A stretch of DNA of 64,000 nt. Origin: an uncultured Chloroflexia bacterium. Lineage in GTDB: Bacteria; Chloroflexota; Limnocylindria; Limnocylindrales; CSP1-4. Both the position numbers and the translations under genes were made by a program. Below the pieces are notes generated by a model that saw nothing but the letters and a program-made list of their open reading frames with translations, did not search any database and was not told where the DNA came from. The stretch lies in contig CAVTIN010000015.1 of assembly GCA_963734895.1 (NCBI GenBank), positions 72,628 to 136,627 of the forward strand, written 5' to 3'. Of the stretch, positions 18,284 through 26,804 are shown piece after piece. How positions within the stretch are numbered: the first letter of the stretch is position 1; each line of letters begins with the position of its first letter.

Positions 18284-19464
18284 TGGTCACCCCACCCTCC
18301 GGGGGGTCCCTCTTCCAAACCCCTGAGCTCAGCCCCGAGGAACTCGAGGTCGTCTCGCGGGTCGAGGAGCTTCGGGCGGCACTCCGATACCAGGTCGTCC
18401 AGACGCCTCGCCGCTGGACGGGATCGCTCCGGCGCGTGATGTTCGCCCGGGCCATCCAGGGCTCCAACACCATTGAGGGGTACAACGTCACCCTCGCCGA
18501 CGCGATGGCCGTCGCCGAGGGCGAGGAGCCCCTCGATGCCGCCGAAGAGACCGGTCGAGCGGTGGCAGGCTACCGGAATGCCATGACCTACGTGCTGCAG
18601 CTCGCGGGTTCGCCGCATTTCCGGTACAGCGAGGGCCTCCTCAACAGCCTCCACTTCATGATGCTCAACTACGACATGACGAGGGGCCCGGGTCTTCTGC
18701 GCTCGGGGCCGGTGTTCGTGCAGCACGAACCATCGGGCCGGATCGTGTACGAGGGTCCCGACGCCGACCGCGTTCCGGGTCTCATGGACGACCTGATGCT
18801 GAGCTTGAACCAGCCCGGTTCGACGCCGGTCATGGTTCGGGCCGCGATGGCCCACCTCAATCTGGTGATGATCCACCCGTACCGGGACGGGAATGGCCGG
18901 ATGGCGAGGATCCTCCAGTCCCTCGTGCTCTCGCAGGACGGGATCCTCGCGGCCGAGTTCGCGAGCATCGAGGAGTACCTGGGGAAGAACACGCAGGACT
19001 ACTACGACGTCCTCGCCGAGGTTGGTGCGGGAGCGTGGCACCCGGAGCGCGATGCGAGGCCCTGGGTCCGGTTCTCGCTGACCGCGCACTTCCGCCAGGC
19101 GCAGCGGCTCCTCCGCCGCGTCCGCCAGACCGAGCGCCTGTGGGCGCTCCTCGAGGCTGAGGTCCAGCGACTGGGGATCCCGGATCGCGCGGTGCTGGCC
19201 CTGTTCGACGCGGCCCAGCGATTCCGCGTGAGCAACCGTGTCTACCAGGAGCACGCCGAGCTCTCGGAGCATGCCGGCGGACGGGACCTCAAGCGGATGG
19301 TGGAGGCGGAGCTCCTGGAGCCCAAGGGAGAGAAGCGGGGCCGCTACTACATCGCGACTCCGCGGCTTCTCTCGTTGGCAGCGGCCTCTTGGGAGCAGGA
19401 TCGGGGCCTCGAGCAAGTCGACCCGTTCACTTACGTCCAGCTCTCGCTCTTCGCAGGCCGCTGA
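18283..19464 (+). CDS. Fic family protein (class II, N-terminal inhibitory helix)
   Basis: Fic motif HPYRDGNGRMAR. The N-terminal SNTIEG matches the inhibitory (S/T)xxxE(G/N) motif. The C-terminal region is winged-helix-like. Confidence 0.9.
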   Translation: MVTPPSGGSLFQTPELSPEELEVVSRVEELRAALRYQVVQTPRRWTGSLRRVMFARAIQGSNTIEGYNVTLADAMAVAEGEEPLDAAEETGRAVAGYRNAMTYVLQLAGSPHFRYSEGLLNSLHFMMLNYDMTRGPGLLRSGPVFVQHEPSGRIVYEGPDADRVPGLMDDLMLSLNQPGSTPVMVRAAMAHLNLVMIHPYRDGNGRMARILQSLVLSQDGILAAEFASIEEYLGKNTQDYYDVLAEVGAGAWHPERDARPWVRFSLTAHFRQAQRLLRRVRQTERLWALLEAEVQRLGIPDRAVLALFDAAQRFRVSNRVYQEHAELSEHAGGRDLKRMVEAELLEPKGEKRGRYYIATPRLLSLAAASWEQDRGLEQVDPFTYVQLSLFAGR

Positions 19465-19481
19465 CTCGACGGCGACCTGCG
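19452..19481 (+). terminator. Possible terminator hairpin spanning the fic stop
   Basis: CGCAGGCCGC...GCGACCTGCG forms a 10-bp stem with one mismatch, followed by TTTGT. Confidence 0.3.
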
Positions 19482-19926
19482 TTTGTCGCACCCGGCGTGA
19501 ATGGAGCGCGCGAACACAGGGGTTTGGATAGGGCGACTCACCGCGCGTCGTCGCGTCGTACCCGCGCCGGGCCCCACGCGCCAACCAGCCCCCGAGGTCG
19601 TCATGAGGACGGCGCCGTGACGCTCATTCCGGACGGCGCGCGCCAGGAGTTGTGAGAACCGGTCGCCACGCCGCGCCAGGGCGTCAGACATCCGGTCGTG
19701 GGCCGCCTCGATGCCTACGATCGGTGCTGGGCGCTCGCACTCCGCTCGCTGGCGCTTACGTGCCGAGCCCTTCGCCTGCCACCTACCCGCCATTCCCGTG
19801 CCGATGGATCCCGGGACGGCCGGCGACACCGAAATAGACCGGCTCGAGGAAGGAGCGCAGGGCCGACGCGGCCGTGGCCGGGGTCGCCTCAGCCAGATCC
19901 AGCTCGGCCCGCCACACCCCGAACGG

Positions 19927-20670
19927 TCACGTCCACGAGTCAGGCGGCATCTCGATGACCGGCGGCCAGGGATGGGTGGTGCGGCGCTCGAAGGTCGCGA
20001 TGCACGCGATCGCCAGCGCTTCCGAGCGAAAGGTGAAGTGGCGGATGAACCAGACGAGATCGACGAGGTCGCGATCTCGGGTGTTCTCGACGTCCCGCGG
20101 GAGCGTCAGGGCGTGGAGCCTCTCGGCGAAGTGCTGGTTGATGGGATAGATGGGGAACCGCGACCGTCGGAAGCCGAGCCGCTCGACGACTGGGTCGGAT
20201 AGGTAAGACTCGAAGTCACCGACGACGACGTCCGCGGCACTGACATCGACCTTGAAACGGACGAGCTCGGTGCCCGCGAGGCGTGCGACGACGACGAACC
20301 GTAGGCCGCCACCGGGCGGACCTTCCAGCGGTGCGGGGGATGTCGCGACCTCATAGCCGAAGTCGTCGCCGAGATCGACTGCGAAGCCGGATGCGAGGAG
20401 CTCGGGCGCCGTCTCGATGGCAGCATCGATCTTGAGGTCGAGGTCTTCGGTAAACCGGGCGTCGTCAGGTCGTCGCAGCTGGTTCGCATAGCCGCCCTTT
20501 ACGACCCACTGTCCGGGGGCGGCCTGGAGCAGTCGGACGAGGAGGCGGTCGATCGCGACCACGAGGTGGATGCGGCGCGGCACGACGCCAGCCTCGCGGG
20601 CCGCGTTCGACATGCGGACGATGAGGCTGGCCCGACGTCCAGCCGGCGTCGCGCCCCCCGTCTTGGTCAT
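19927..20670 (-). CDS. abiEii: AbiEii/AbiGii-family nucleotidyltransferase toxin (apparently C-terminally truncated)
   Basis: NTase core VVKGGYANQLR...RFTEDLDLKID. There is a 4-bp overlap with abiEi. See the finding on the in-frame TGA at 19927-19929. Confidence 0.8.
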   Translation of the reverse strand: MTKTGGATPAGRRASLIVRMSNAAREAGVVPRRIHLVVAIDRLLVRLLQAAPGQWVVKGGYANQLRRPDDARFTEDLDLKIDAAIETAPELLASGFAVDLGDDFGYEVATSPAPLEGPPGGGLRFVVVARLAGTELVRFKVDVSAADVVVGDFESYLSDPVVERLGFRRSRFPIYPINQHFAERLHALTLPRDVENTRDRDLVDLVWFIRHFTFRSEALAIACIATFERRTTHPWPPVIEMPPDSWT

Positions 20671-21215
20671 AGGCCGGCGCCCGCGAACGGCGCCATGCGC
20701 CGCAGCTCGGCCAAGTCGGCGGGCGTCAGCATCGCCCGCTCTCGGGCATCGCGGGCCGCCGAGACCAGCTGATCGGGATCAGCGCCTTCGCGGGCAGCGT
20801 CCAGCAGGGCTCGACGCGCGGTCGTGACCCATAGACCATCCTGGAAGGTCCGTTCGGTCATCGCACTATGCCGCGAGCGGTGGAGCGTGACGCCTGGACG
20901 CGATCTGAGTCGCGACGCCTCCGGGATGGTGAAATGGATCGTCGACGGGATGATGTCGGTCAGCCCGAGCAGGGTCAGGGCTGTGTCGTGGCTGAACGTC
21001 CCGAACGGCGCGAGAACCTGAAGGGCGTACAGCTCGTCGTCAGCACCGATCGGCCAATGCGGCAGTCGATACAGACCGTGGGCGATCCGCTCCGCAGAGC
21101 CGTTCTGGGCGCGCCAGGTCAGCGCCCGCCGGCTGATGCCGTGCTCGGCCGCCTGCTCGGTCGTGAAGAAGCCGTGCTGCGCCGCTGCGGTGGTGAGGAG
21201 GTCTTCCCAGGACAT
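20667..21215 (-). CDS. abiEi: AbiEi-family type IV antitoxin / transcriptional regulator
   Basis: N-terminal wHTH (AAQHGFFTTEQAAEHGISRRALTWRAQNGSAERIAHGLYRL), plus the family C-terminal domain. It sits directly upstream of abiEii. Confidence 0.85.
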   Translation of the reverse strand: MSWEDLLTTAAAQHGFFTTEQAAEHGISRRALTWRAQNGSAERIAHGLYRLPHWPIGADDELYALQVLAPFGTFSHDTALTLLGLTDIIPSTIHFTIPEASRLRSRPGVTLHRSRHSAMTERTFQDGLWVTTARRALLDAAREGADPDQLVSAARDARERAMLTPADLAELRRMAPFAGAGL

Positions 21216-21224
21216 GCGCCAATG

Positions 21225-21253
21225 TTGTTACGTAATCCGTAACAATGGGGCAA
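21225..21253 (-). promoter_or_regulatory. Candidate abiEi promoter and operator
   Basis: On the minus strand: TTGCCC (21253-21248), a 17-nt spacer, then TAACAA (21230-21225), 9 nt before the ATG. The perfect inverted repeat TTGTTACG-N5-CGTAACAA (21225-21245) covers the spacer and the -10 element. Confidence 0.4.
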
Positions 21254-21254
21254 G

Positions 21255-21331
21255 TGGCTCCGGCGGTAGGATTCGAACCTACGACCAAGTGATTAACAGT
21301 CACCCGCTCTACCACTGAGCTACGCCGGAGC
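21255..21331 (-). tRNA. tRNA-Asn (anticodon GTT), CCA encoded
   Basis: The reverse complement GCTCCGGCGTAGCTCAGTGGTAGAGCGGGTGACTGTTAATCACTTGGTCGTAGGTTCGAATCCTACCGCCGGAGCCA folds as a cloverleaf. It has a 7-bp acceptor stem, a GGTGA/TCACT anticodon stem, the loop CTGTTAA, and a GGTTCGAATCC T-arm. Confidence 0.95.
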
Positions 21332-21457
21332 GAAGGGCGGAGGGCGCAGGCCCGATCCGCCGAGGGCGCCGTCGCGGCACCGCGGCAGAGGATAGCAGGA
21401 GCCGGCTCGCTCGTTCCAACGCGGACTCGGCGTTGCACTCGCCTACACTATCCGGCC

Positions 21458-22300
21458 ATGAGCCTGATCTCGGCCGATGCGCTGCGTTCCCGGATCGGCG
21501 ACCCGGACCTTCGCCTTGCGGACGTCCGCTGGTGGCTCGCGGACCCACCCAAGGGCCGCCGCGACTACGAGGCTGGGCATGTGCCCGGCGCGGTGTTCGT
21601 GGACCTGGACACGGACCTCGTCGCCGTTGACGGGCCCGGGCGCCATCCCCTCCCCGATCCGGCCGCGTTCCTCCGGCGGATGGAGGCGCTCGGGTTCGAT
21701 TCCGCGAGCCGCATCGTGGTCTACGACGATGCCGGCGGGACGGTCGCCGCGCGACTGTGGTGGATGCTCGAGGACCTGGGGCATCCACGGGTGCAGGTGC
21801 TCGATGGCGGGATCCAGGCCTGGGTCGAGGCCGGCGGTCCAATCACGACGTCCGTGCCGCCGTCAGCGCTCGGACGGCTGGACCTTCGCGAGCAATGGTC
21901 GCGGACGATCGACAAGGCGGCGCTGATCGCGCGGCTGGGGAAGATCGCCATCGTCGATGCCCGCGCCGGGGAGCGCTACCGGGGCGACATCGAGCCCATC
22001 GACCCGGTCGCCGGCCACATCCCGACCGCGATCAGCCGGCCTACGGCAGGCAACCTCGGCCCCGATGGGCGGCTCCTCGCCCCGATCGAGCTCCGCGCGC
22101 GCTTCGAGACGATCGGCAAGGAGGTTGTCGTCGCCTGCGGCAGCGGCGTCAACGCCTGCCACAACGCGCTCGCGATGCGGGTCGCCGGGCTGCCCGATCC
22201 CCTGCTCTACCCGGGCTCGTACAGCGACTGGTCGCGTTCCGGCATGCCGGTCGCGACGGGCGACGAGCCGGGCGAGGTCCCGTCGTCGCTGCGGCATTGA
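21458..22300 (+). CDS. Tandem-rhodanese sulfurtransferase (thiosulfate/3-mercaptopyruvate type)
   Basis: Two rhodanese domains. YEAGHVPGAVFVD is in the first. The active-site loop VVACGSGVNAC is in the second. Confidence 0.9.
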   Translation: MSLISADALRSRIGDPDLRLADVRWWLADPPKGRRDYEAGHVPGAVFVDLDTDLVAVDGPGRHPLPDPAAFLRRMEALGFDSASRIVVYDDAGGTVAARLWWMLEDLGHPRVQVLDGGIQAWVEAGGPITTSVPPSALGRLDLREQWSRTIDKAALIARLGKIAIVDARAGERYRGDIEPIDPVAGHIPTAISRPTAGNLGPDGRLLAPIELRARFETIGKEVVVACGSGVNACHNALAMRVAGLPDPLLYPGSYSDWSRSGMPVATGDEPGEVPSSLRH

Positions 22301-22316
22301 GGCCGCGCGCGACCAG

Positions 22317-22643
22317 TCAGCGTGCGGGATCCGGTCGCTGCGCCGCCCGGATCCGGAGCCAGCCGGCCTGCATCAGCGCCGCCGCGAGCGCCGCGGCGAA
22401 CCCGATCGCCAGATCTCCGAACAGCGCCACCTGGAAGCCGAACAGCGGAACCTCGGGTCCCACCGAGATCCCCAGCCTGTGCCCGATCAGGTAGAACGCG
22501 AGGAAGCCGCCAGCGATCGGGAGCAGGTAGGCCGCACGCGTCGCCGGCCCGCCCCACCGCGCCACGAGCCGGACCGCGACCCAGCCGAGGGCGACCGAGC
22601 ACAGCGCGAACAGGGTGACGAGGGCGTAGGCCTGCGGGGGCAT
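22317..22643 (-). CDS. Small three-helix membrane protein, hypothetical
   Basis: 108 aa and hydrophobic, with coding-like bias. No family recognised. Confidence 0.5.
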   Translation of the reverse strand: MPPQAYALVTLFALCSVALGWVAVRLVARWGGPATRAAYLLPIAGGFLAFYLIGHRLGISVGPEVPLFGFQVALFGDLAIGFAAALAAALMQAGWLRIRAAQRPDPAR

Positions 22644-22720
22644 GCCCTGAATTTAGCCCGGATCGCGCCGTGGGGGCGTGGCGGCACTGGTTCGCGGTCG
22701 GTCGTTCGCCGGCCGTCCCG

Positions 22721-24073
22721 TCAGGCGCGGACCATGCTTCCCGTGCCGGCACCGCGGCGCGAGAGCGAATCAACGCTGACGGCGGCGAGCAGGACGAGGC
22801 CGGTGACGATCAGCTGGTACTGGATCGGCAGCCCCAGCAGGTACAGGCCGTTGTAGATGGCGCCGATGACGAGGCCGCCCAGCAGACCGTGGATCGCACG
22901 GCCCCGGCCGCCGAACAGGCTGGTGCCACCGATGACCGCGGCCGCGACCGCGTACAGGACCAGCTGCCCGCCGTTGATGTTGGTGGTCATGCCGCCCAGC
23001 TGCGAGCAGTAGATGACGCCGGCGATCCCCGCGGTCATCGAGCACAGCACGAACGACAGCGTGCGGACGCGCGGCACGTTGATCCCCGCCCGACGCGCGG
23101 CTTCGGGATTGCCACCCACGCCGTAGACGTGGCGCCCGAACTGGGTCCGCTCGAGGAGGGTCGCCCACAGCGCGAGCACGCCGAGAACGAGCGGCACCAC
23201 CCACGGCACGCCGGTGACCGGGCGGAAGCTCCCCCGGTCGAGGCTGCAGATGGCCACGACCGCGATCCCGGCCACGGCAACCGCCGCGATCTTGGCGAGG
23301 GTCAGGCCCACCGGCGGGGCAACGAGACCACTCCTGCGTCGACCGAGATCGCGGCGCCACATCATGGTGCCGATCAGTCCCACGACGACGGCGAGCCCGA
23401 CCCAGCCGACCGCCGGGTCGAGATAGCTGTACACGATGCCGTACAGCGCCCGCTGGTCGGGCAGCACGTCACTGGTGATGCTGACCTGGCCCGAGGCGCC
23501 CAGGATCACGATCATGACCCCGAACCACAGCAGATAGCCGGCCAGCGTGACGACGAAGGAGGGCATCCCGAGCTTCGTGATGATGTACCCGTGGATGCCG
23601 CCGATCGCCCCGGTGACGGCGAGCGCCGCGATGATCGCCGCCCACCACGGCCAGCCCATGCCGGGCTGCACCAGCAGCGCCGCGACGATCCCCCCGATTG
23701 CCGCGACGTAGCCGATCGAGAGGTCGATCTCGCCCAGCAGCAGGACGAAGCCCTCGCCCATCGCGAGGACGATGAACACGGCGCTCTGGTCGAACAGGTT
23801 GACCAGGTTGCGCGCGGACAGGAAGACGTGGTTGGGGCTGACCACGGTGAACACCAGCCCCACCGCGACCAGGGCGAGCGCCACCGGCAGGACGCCGGCG
23901 TCGCCACCTCGCACTCTCGCGACCCACGCCCGCAGGTACTCACGGAGTGACTGCGCCGCGATCGCCGGGGGAACGGCCTCGACAGCCGCCGCGGTCAGGT
24001 CCGGCGCTGATTCGTCGTCGATCCCGATCTCGTTCGGTGCCGCGGCTGCCGGCTCGGGTTCGTTGGGGGTCAT
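22721..24073 (-). CDS. Sugar ABC transporter permease (CUT2, XylH-like)
   Basis: Polytopic, with the typical LLLGEIDLSIGYV and GGTSLFGGRG motifs of ribose/xylose-type permeases. The N-terminal tail is acidic. Confidence 0.9.
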   Translation of the reverse strand: MTPNEPEPAAAAPNEIGIDDESAPDLTAAAVEAVPPAIAAQSLREYLRAWVARVRGGDAGVLPVALALVAVGLVFTVVSPNHVFLSARNLVNLFDQSAVFIVLAMGEGFVLLLGEIDLSIGYVAAIGGIVAALLVQPGMGWPWWAAIIAALAVTGAIGGIHGYIITKLGMPSFVVTLAGYLLWFGVMIVILGASGQVSITSDVLPDQRALYGIVYSYLDPAVGWVGLAVVVGLIGTMMWRRDLGRRRSGLVAPPVGLTLAKIAAVAVAGIAVVAICSLDRGSFRPVTGVPWVVPLVLGVLALWATLLERTQFGRHVYGVGGNPEAARRAGINVPRVRTLSFVLCSMTAGIAGVIYCSQLGGMTTNINGGQLVLYAVAAAVIGGTSLFGGRGRAIHGLLGGLVIGAIYNGLYLLGLPIQYQLIVTGLVLLAAVSVDSLSRRGAGTGSMVRA

Positions 24074-24076
24074 GGG

Positions 24077-24949
24077 TCAGTCCAGTCCATCGCTGGGGGC
24101 AGCGGCCGCGACAGCGCGGTGCGACCTGCCGGTGGTCATGTAGTCGACGACGCTCTCGCGATCGAGTGCCGAGATCGAATCCTGGGCGACCATCCGCCCG
24201 AGCCGGAGCACCGCGATCCGATCGGCCACCTCGAACACGTCGTTGAGGTTGTGCGAGATGACCATGACCGCGAGGCCGTGGTCCTTGAGCCGCCGGATGA
24301 GGTCGAGCACCATCCTCGTCTGCGCAACGCCCAGGGCTGCGGTCGGCTCGTCGAGCATGACGAGCTTCGAGTTCCACATGACCGCCTTGGCCACCGCGAC
24401 CGCCTGGCGCTGGCCGCCGGACAGGGTTGCGACGGGCTGGCGGATCGAGCGCACGGTCGTGACCCGAAGGCTGGCGAGCGTCTGGGCCGCCGCGCGCTCC
24501 ATGCTGTCCTCGTCGAGCAGGCCGCGCACAAGGCGCTCGCGCCCGAGGAACATGTTCTGGACGATGTCGAGGTTGTCGGCGAGGGCCAGGTCCTGGTAGA
24601 CGGTCTCGATCCCCAGCGCCGCCGAGTCGTTGGGGTTCCGGATGTGGACCGGGCGGCCGTCCCAGAACATCTCGCCCTCGTCGACCTGGTGGATGCCGGC
24701 GATGCTCTTGGTGAGCACGGACTTGCCCGCGCCATTGTCACCGCACAGCGCGGTCACCTGGGCCGGCGGCAGGTCGAGGTCGACCCGGTACAGCGCCTGG
24801 ACCGCGCCGAAGTGCTTGCTGATGCCCCGCAGCCTGAGCAACGGCACGGGCCCCGGCGCCACAGCCGGATCCGTGGTCGCGCCGGCTGCGCCTCCCGCGG
24901 TGGCATCTCGTTGCGCCATCAGGTCCATGTGCTCGTCCTCGGCGGTCAA
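24077..24949 (-). CDS. Sugar ABC transporter ATP-binding protein (single NBD)
   Basis: Walker A GDNGAGKS, signature LSGGQRQ, Walker B LVMLDEPT. Position 24949 is a TTG. ATG at 24928, after GAGGA, is a plausible alternative start. Confidence 0.9.
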   Translation of the reverse strand: MTAEDEHMDLMAQRDATAGGAAGATTDPAVAPGPVPLLRLRGISKHFGAVQALYRVDLDLPPAQVTALCGDNGAGKSVLTKSIAGIHQVDEGEMFWDGRPVHIRNPNDSAALGIETVYQDLALADNLDIVQNMFLGRERLVRGLLDEDSMERAAAQTLASLRVTTVRSIRQPVATLSGGQRQAVAVAKAVMWNSKLVMLDEPTAALGVAQTRMVLDLIRRLKDHGLAVMVISHNLNDVFEVADRIAVLRLGRMVAQDSISALDRESVVDYMTTGRSHRAVAAAAPSDGLD

Positions 24950-25025
24950 TGCGGAGCTCGACGATGGGAGCGCGCCGGCGACGGCAGCATGCGCGTCAGG
25001 CTGCGGCCGTCGCCGGCAATTCGGG

Positions 25026-26312
25026 CTACTTGATGCCCGAGGCCAGACAGAGGTCGGCGCCGACGGCGGCGCACAGGTCAGTGACTGACACGAACTTGTC
25101 GTGGATGACGGTCGATTCCATGTTCGCGGCGTTGACCCAGTACGGGGTCAGCAGCACGGCCGGCTGCGTGGCAGTCGAGTTGGCCGGATCGGTCGTGGTT
25201 CCGTTGATCAGGGCTGCGGGGGGCGTCTGGCCGGCTCGCAGGTAGGTGGCCAGGGCGACGGCCGCCTGGGCCTCGAGGTAGATCGGCTTGTAGACCGAGC
25301 CGCACTGGTAGCCCTGGAGCACGTATTCCATGCCCTGGAGCGTCGCGTCCTGCCCGGTGGTGGGAACGGTCTTGGCCGGGGCGCCGGCCGCCTTGAGGAC
25401 GCCGATGACCGCACCGGCCAGGCCGTCGTTGGCCTCGACCGTGGCGTTGATCGACGGGTTGGCCGTGTAGGCCTGCTGGAAGATCGTGCCGCCCGTCTTG
25501 TTGTCCCAGCCGGGGGCGATCTGCTCGCCGACGAGCGTCATTCCGGCGCTGTTGGTGGCGCCCTTGGTCGCCTGGGCGACCTCCTGGCCCCAGATCACCG
25601 AGTTGTAGCCCTTGGCGAAGTCGATCGCGTTCGGGTCGGTGTCCTGGCCCCCGTCGAGGGTGAACACCTGCGGGTTCTTGACGCCCCAGTCGGTGACGCA
25701 CTGCATGAAGCCCTGGCCGATGAGCTTGCCGACCTGGACGTTGTCGAAGCTGACGTAGTAGGTGTTCGTGCCCTGGAACGTGGCCCGGTCATAGCTGATC
25801 ATCGCCACGCCGGCGGCTGCGGCAGCCGCCTGGATCTGGTTGCCGGTCGTGCTGTCGAGCGGGTCGACCAGCAGGACCTTTGCCCCGGCCGTGATATCGG
25901 CCTGGGCGAGGGCAAGCTCGGTCGTGGCCGTGCCCGAGGCGTTGTCGATCTTGAAGTCCGATGCGGAGTACCCGGCCGCTTCGAAGGCCTGCTTGAGGTA
26001 CGGGAGGTCATAGCTGGTGTAGCGGGCAGAGGTGGTCGCGTCCGGAAGGATCACGCCGACGAGGCCGCTCCCGGCGGCCGTGACCGAAGCCAGGTCGGCC
26101 ATGGCTGAGAAGGTTGAATCGAAGGAACCCACGCTCAGCGCCGAAGGCGACGACGACGGGGACTCGGAGGCTGCTGCCGAGGGTGCCGCGCTGGCCGGCG
26201 CGCTCGACGCGGGCGCGGTCGAGGGCGACGCTGTCGCAGCCGAGGAACCGCACGCGGCGACGACGATCGAGATCACCGCCACGACTGACAGGGTGATGGG
26301 ACGACTTCTCAC
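25026..26312 (-). CDS. Sugar ABC transporter substrate-binding lipoprotein
   Basis: GTG at 26312 lies 6 nt after AGGAGAAG. Signal peptide with lipobox VVAAC, then a Ser/Ala/Pro linker, then a periplasmic-binding fold (VLLVDPLDSTT..., YDRA). Confidence 0.9.
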   Translation of the reverse strand: MRSRPITLSVVAVISIVVAACGSSAATASPSTAPASSAPASAAPSAAASESPSSSPSALSVGSFDSTFSAMADLASVTAAGSGLVGVILPDATTSARYTSYDLPYLKQAFEAAGYSASDFKIDNASGTATTELALAQADITAGAKVLLVDPLDSTTGNQIQAAAAAAGVAMISYDRATFQGTNTYYVSFDNVQVGKLIGQGFMQCVTDWGVKNPQVFTLDGGQDTDPNAIDFAKGYNSVIWGQEVAQATKGATNSAGMTLVGEQIAPGWDNKTGGTIFQQAYTANPSINATVEANDGLAGAVIGVLKAAGAPAKTVPTTGQDATLQGMEYVLQGYQCGSVYKPIYLEAQAAVALATYLRAGQTPPAALINGTTTDPANSTATQPAVLLTPYWVNAANMESTVIHDKFVSVTDLCAAVGADLCLASGIK

Positions 26313-26804
26313 TGGCTCTTCTCCTGTGGACAAGCCTGGAGCCCCGACATGGCCCGACGCAGCGAGATTTGGCTGCCGGCGGGCGGGGGCAAATGATCGA
26401 GAACGATCTCGGCGCACCGCCTATCTACCACCGGAGCACGGTCGCACCGCACCCCTTCCGATCAGGACACGCGCGCAATGCCGCCCCCGGCGGCCACCGT
26501 CTCAGGCAGGGTCAGCAGCCATACGCATCGGTACGGCCCGAGCCACGCGATCACCGCGTGGGCGGCCCGGATCGGGCATGGTTCACTACTTCCTGCGCCA
26601 GCGGATCCAGGTCCGGCGGTCGACGGCGGCCGGGGTTGTCGGCCGGGATCGATTCCGCGTCGCGGTCGTCCTCTCGGTGCGATCGTCGACGACCTGCAAT
26701 CCGGTGGGAGCGGCGAGGGGTCCGCGTGTCAGGACCCTGATGTCCGCACCTTGTGCCCCGGCGCTGAGAACTTCCTGAGAGCGCCGCCGGCCCGCGGCAC
26801 GGAC

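Noticed and set aside
19927-19929. TGA in abiEii as selenocysteine or programmed read-through
   Set aside because: I could see no SECIS-like hairpin immediately downstream. No selenoprotein context exists for this family. A nonsense mutation or sequencing error is the simpler explanation.
17026-21331. Integrated element with att direct repeats derived from the tRNA-Asn 3' end
   Set aside because: I could not find a second copy of the tRNA 3' segment (GGTTCGAATCCTACCGCCGGAGCCA or its complement) at 16.4-19.9 kb by eye, and no integrase gene is present. It is left as a hypothesis in the findings, not a mobile-element feature.
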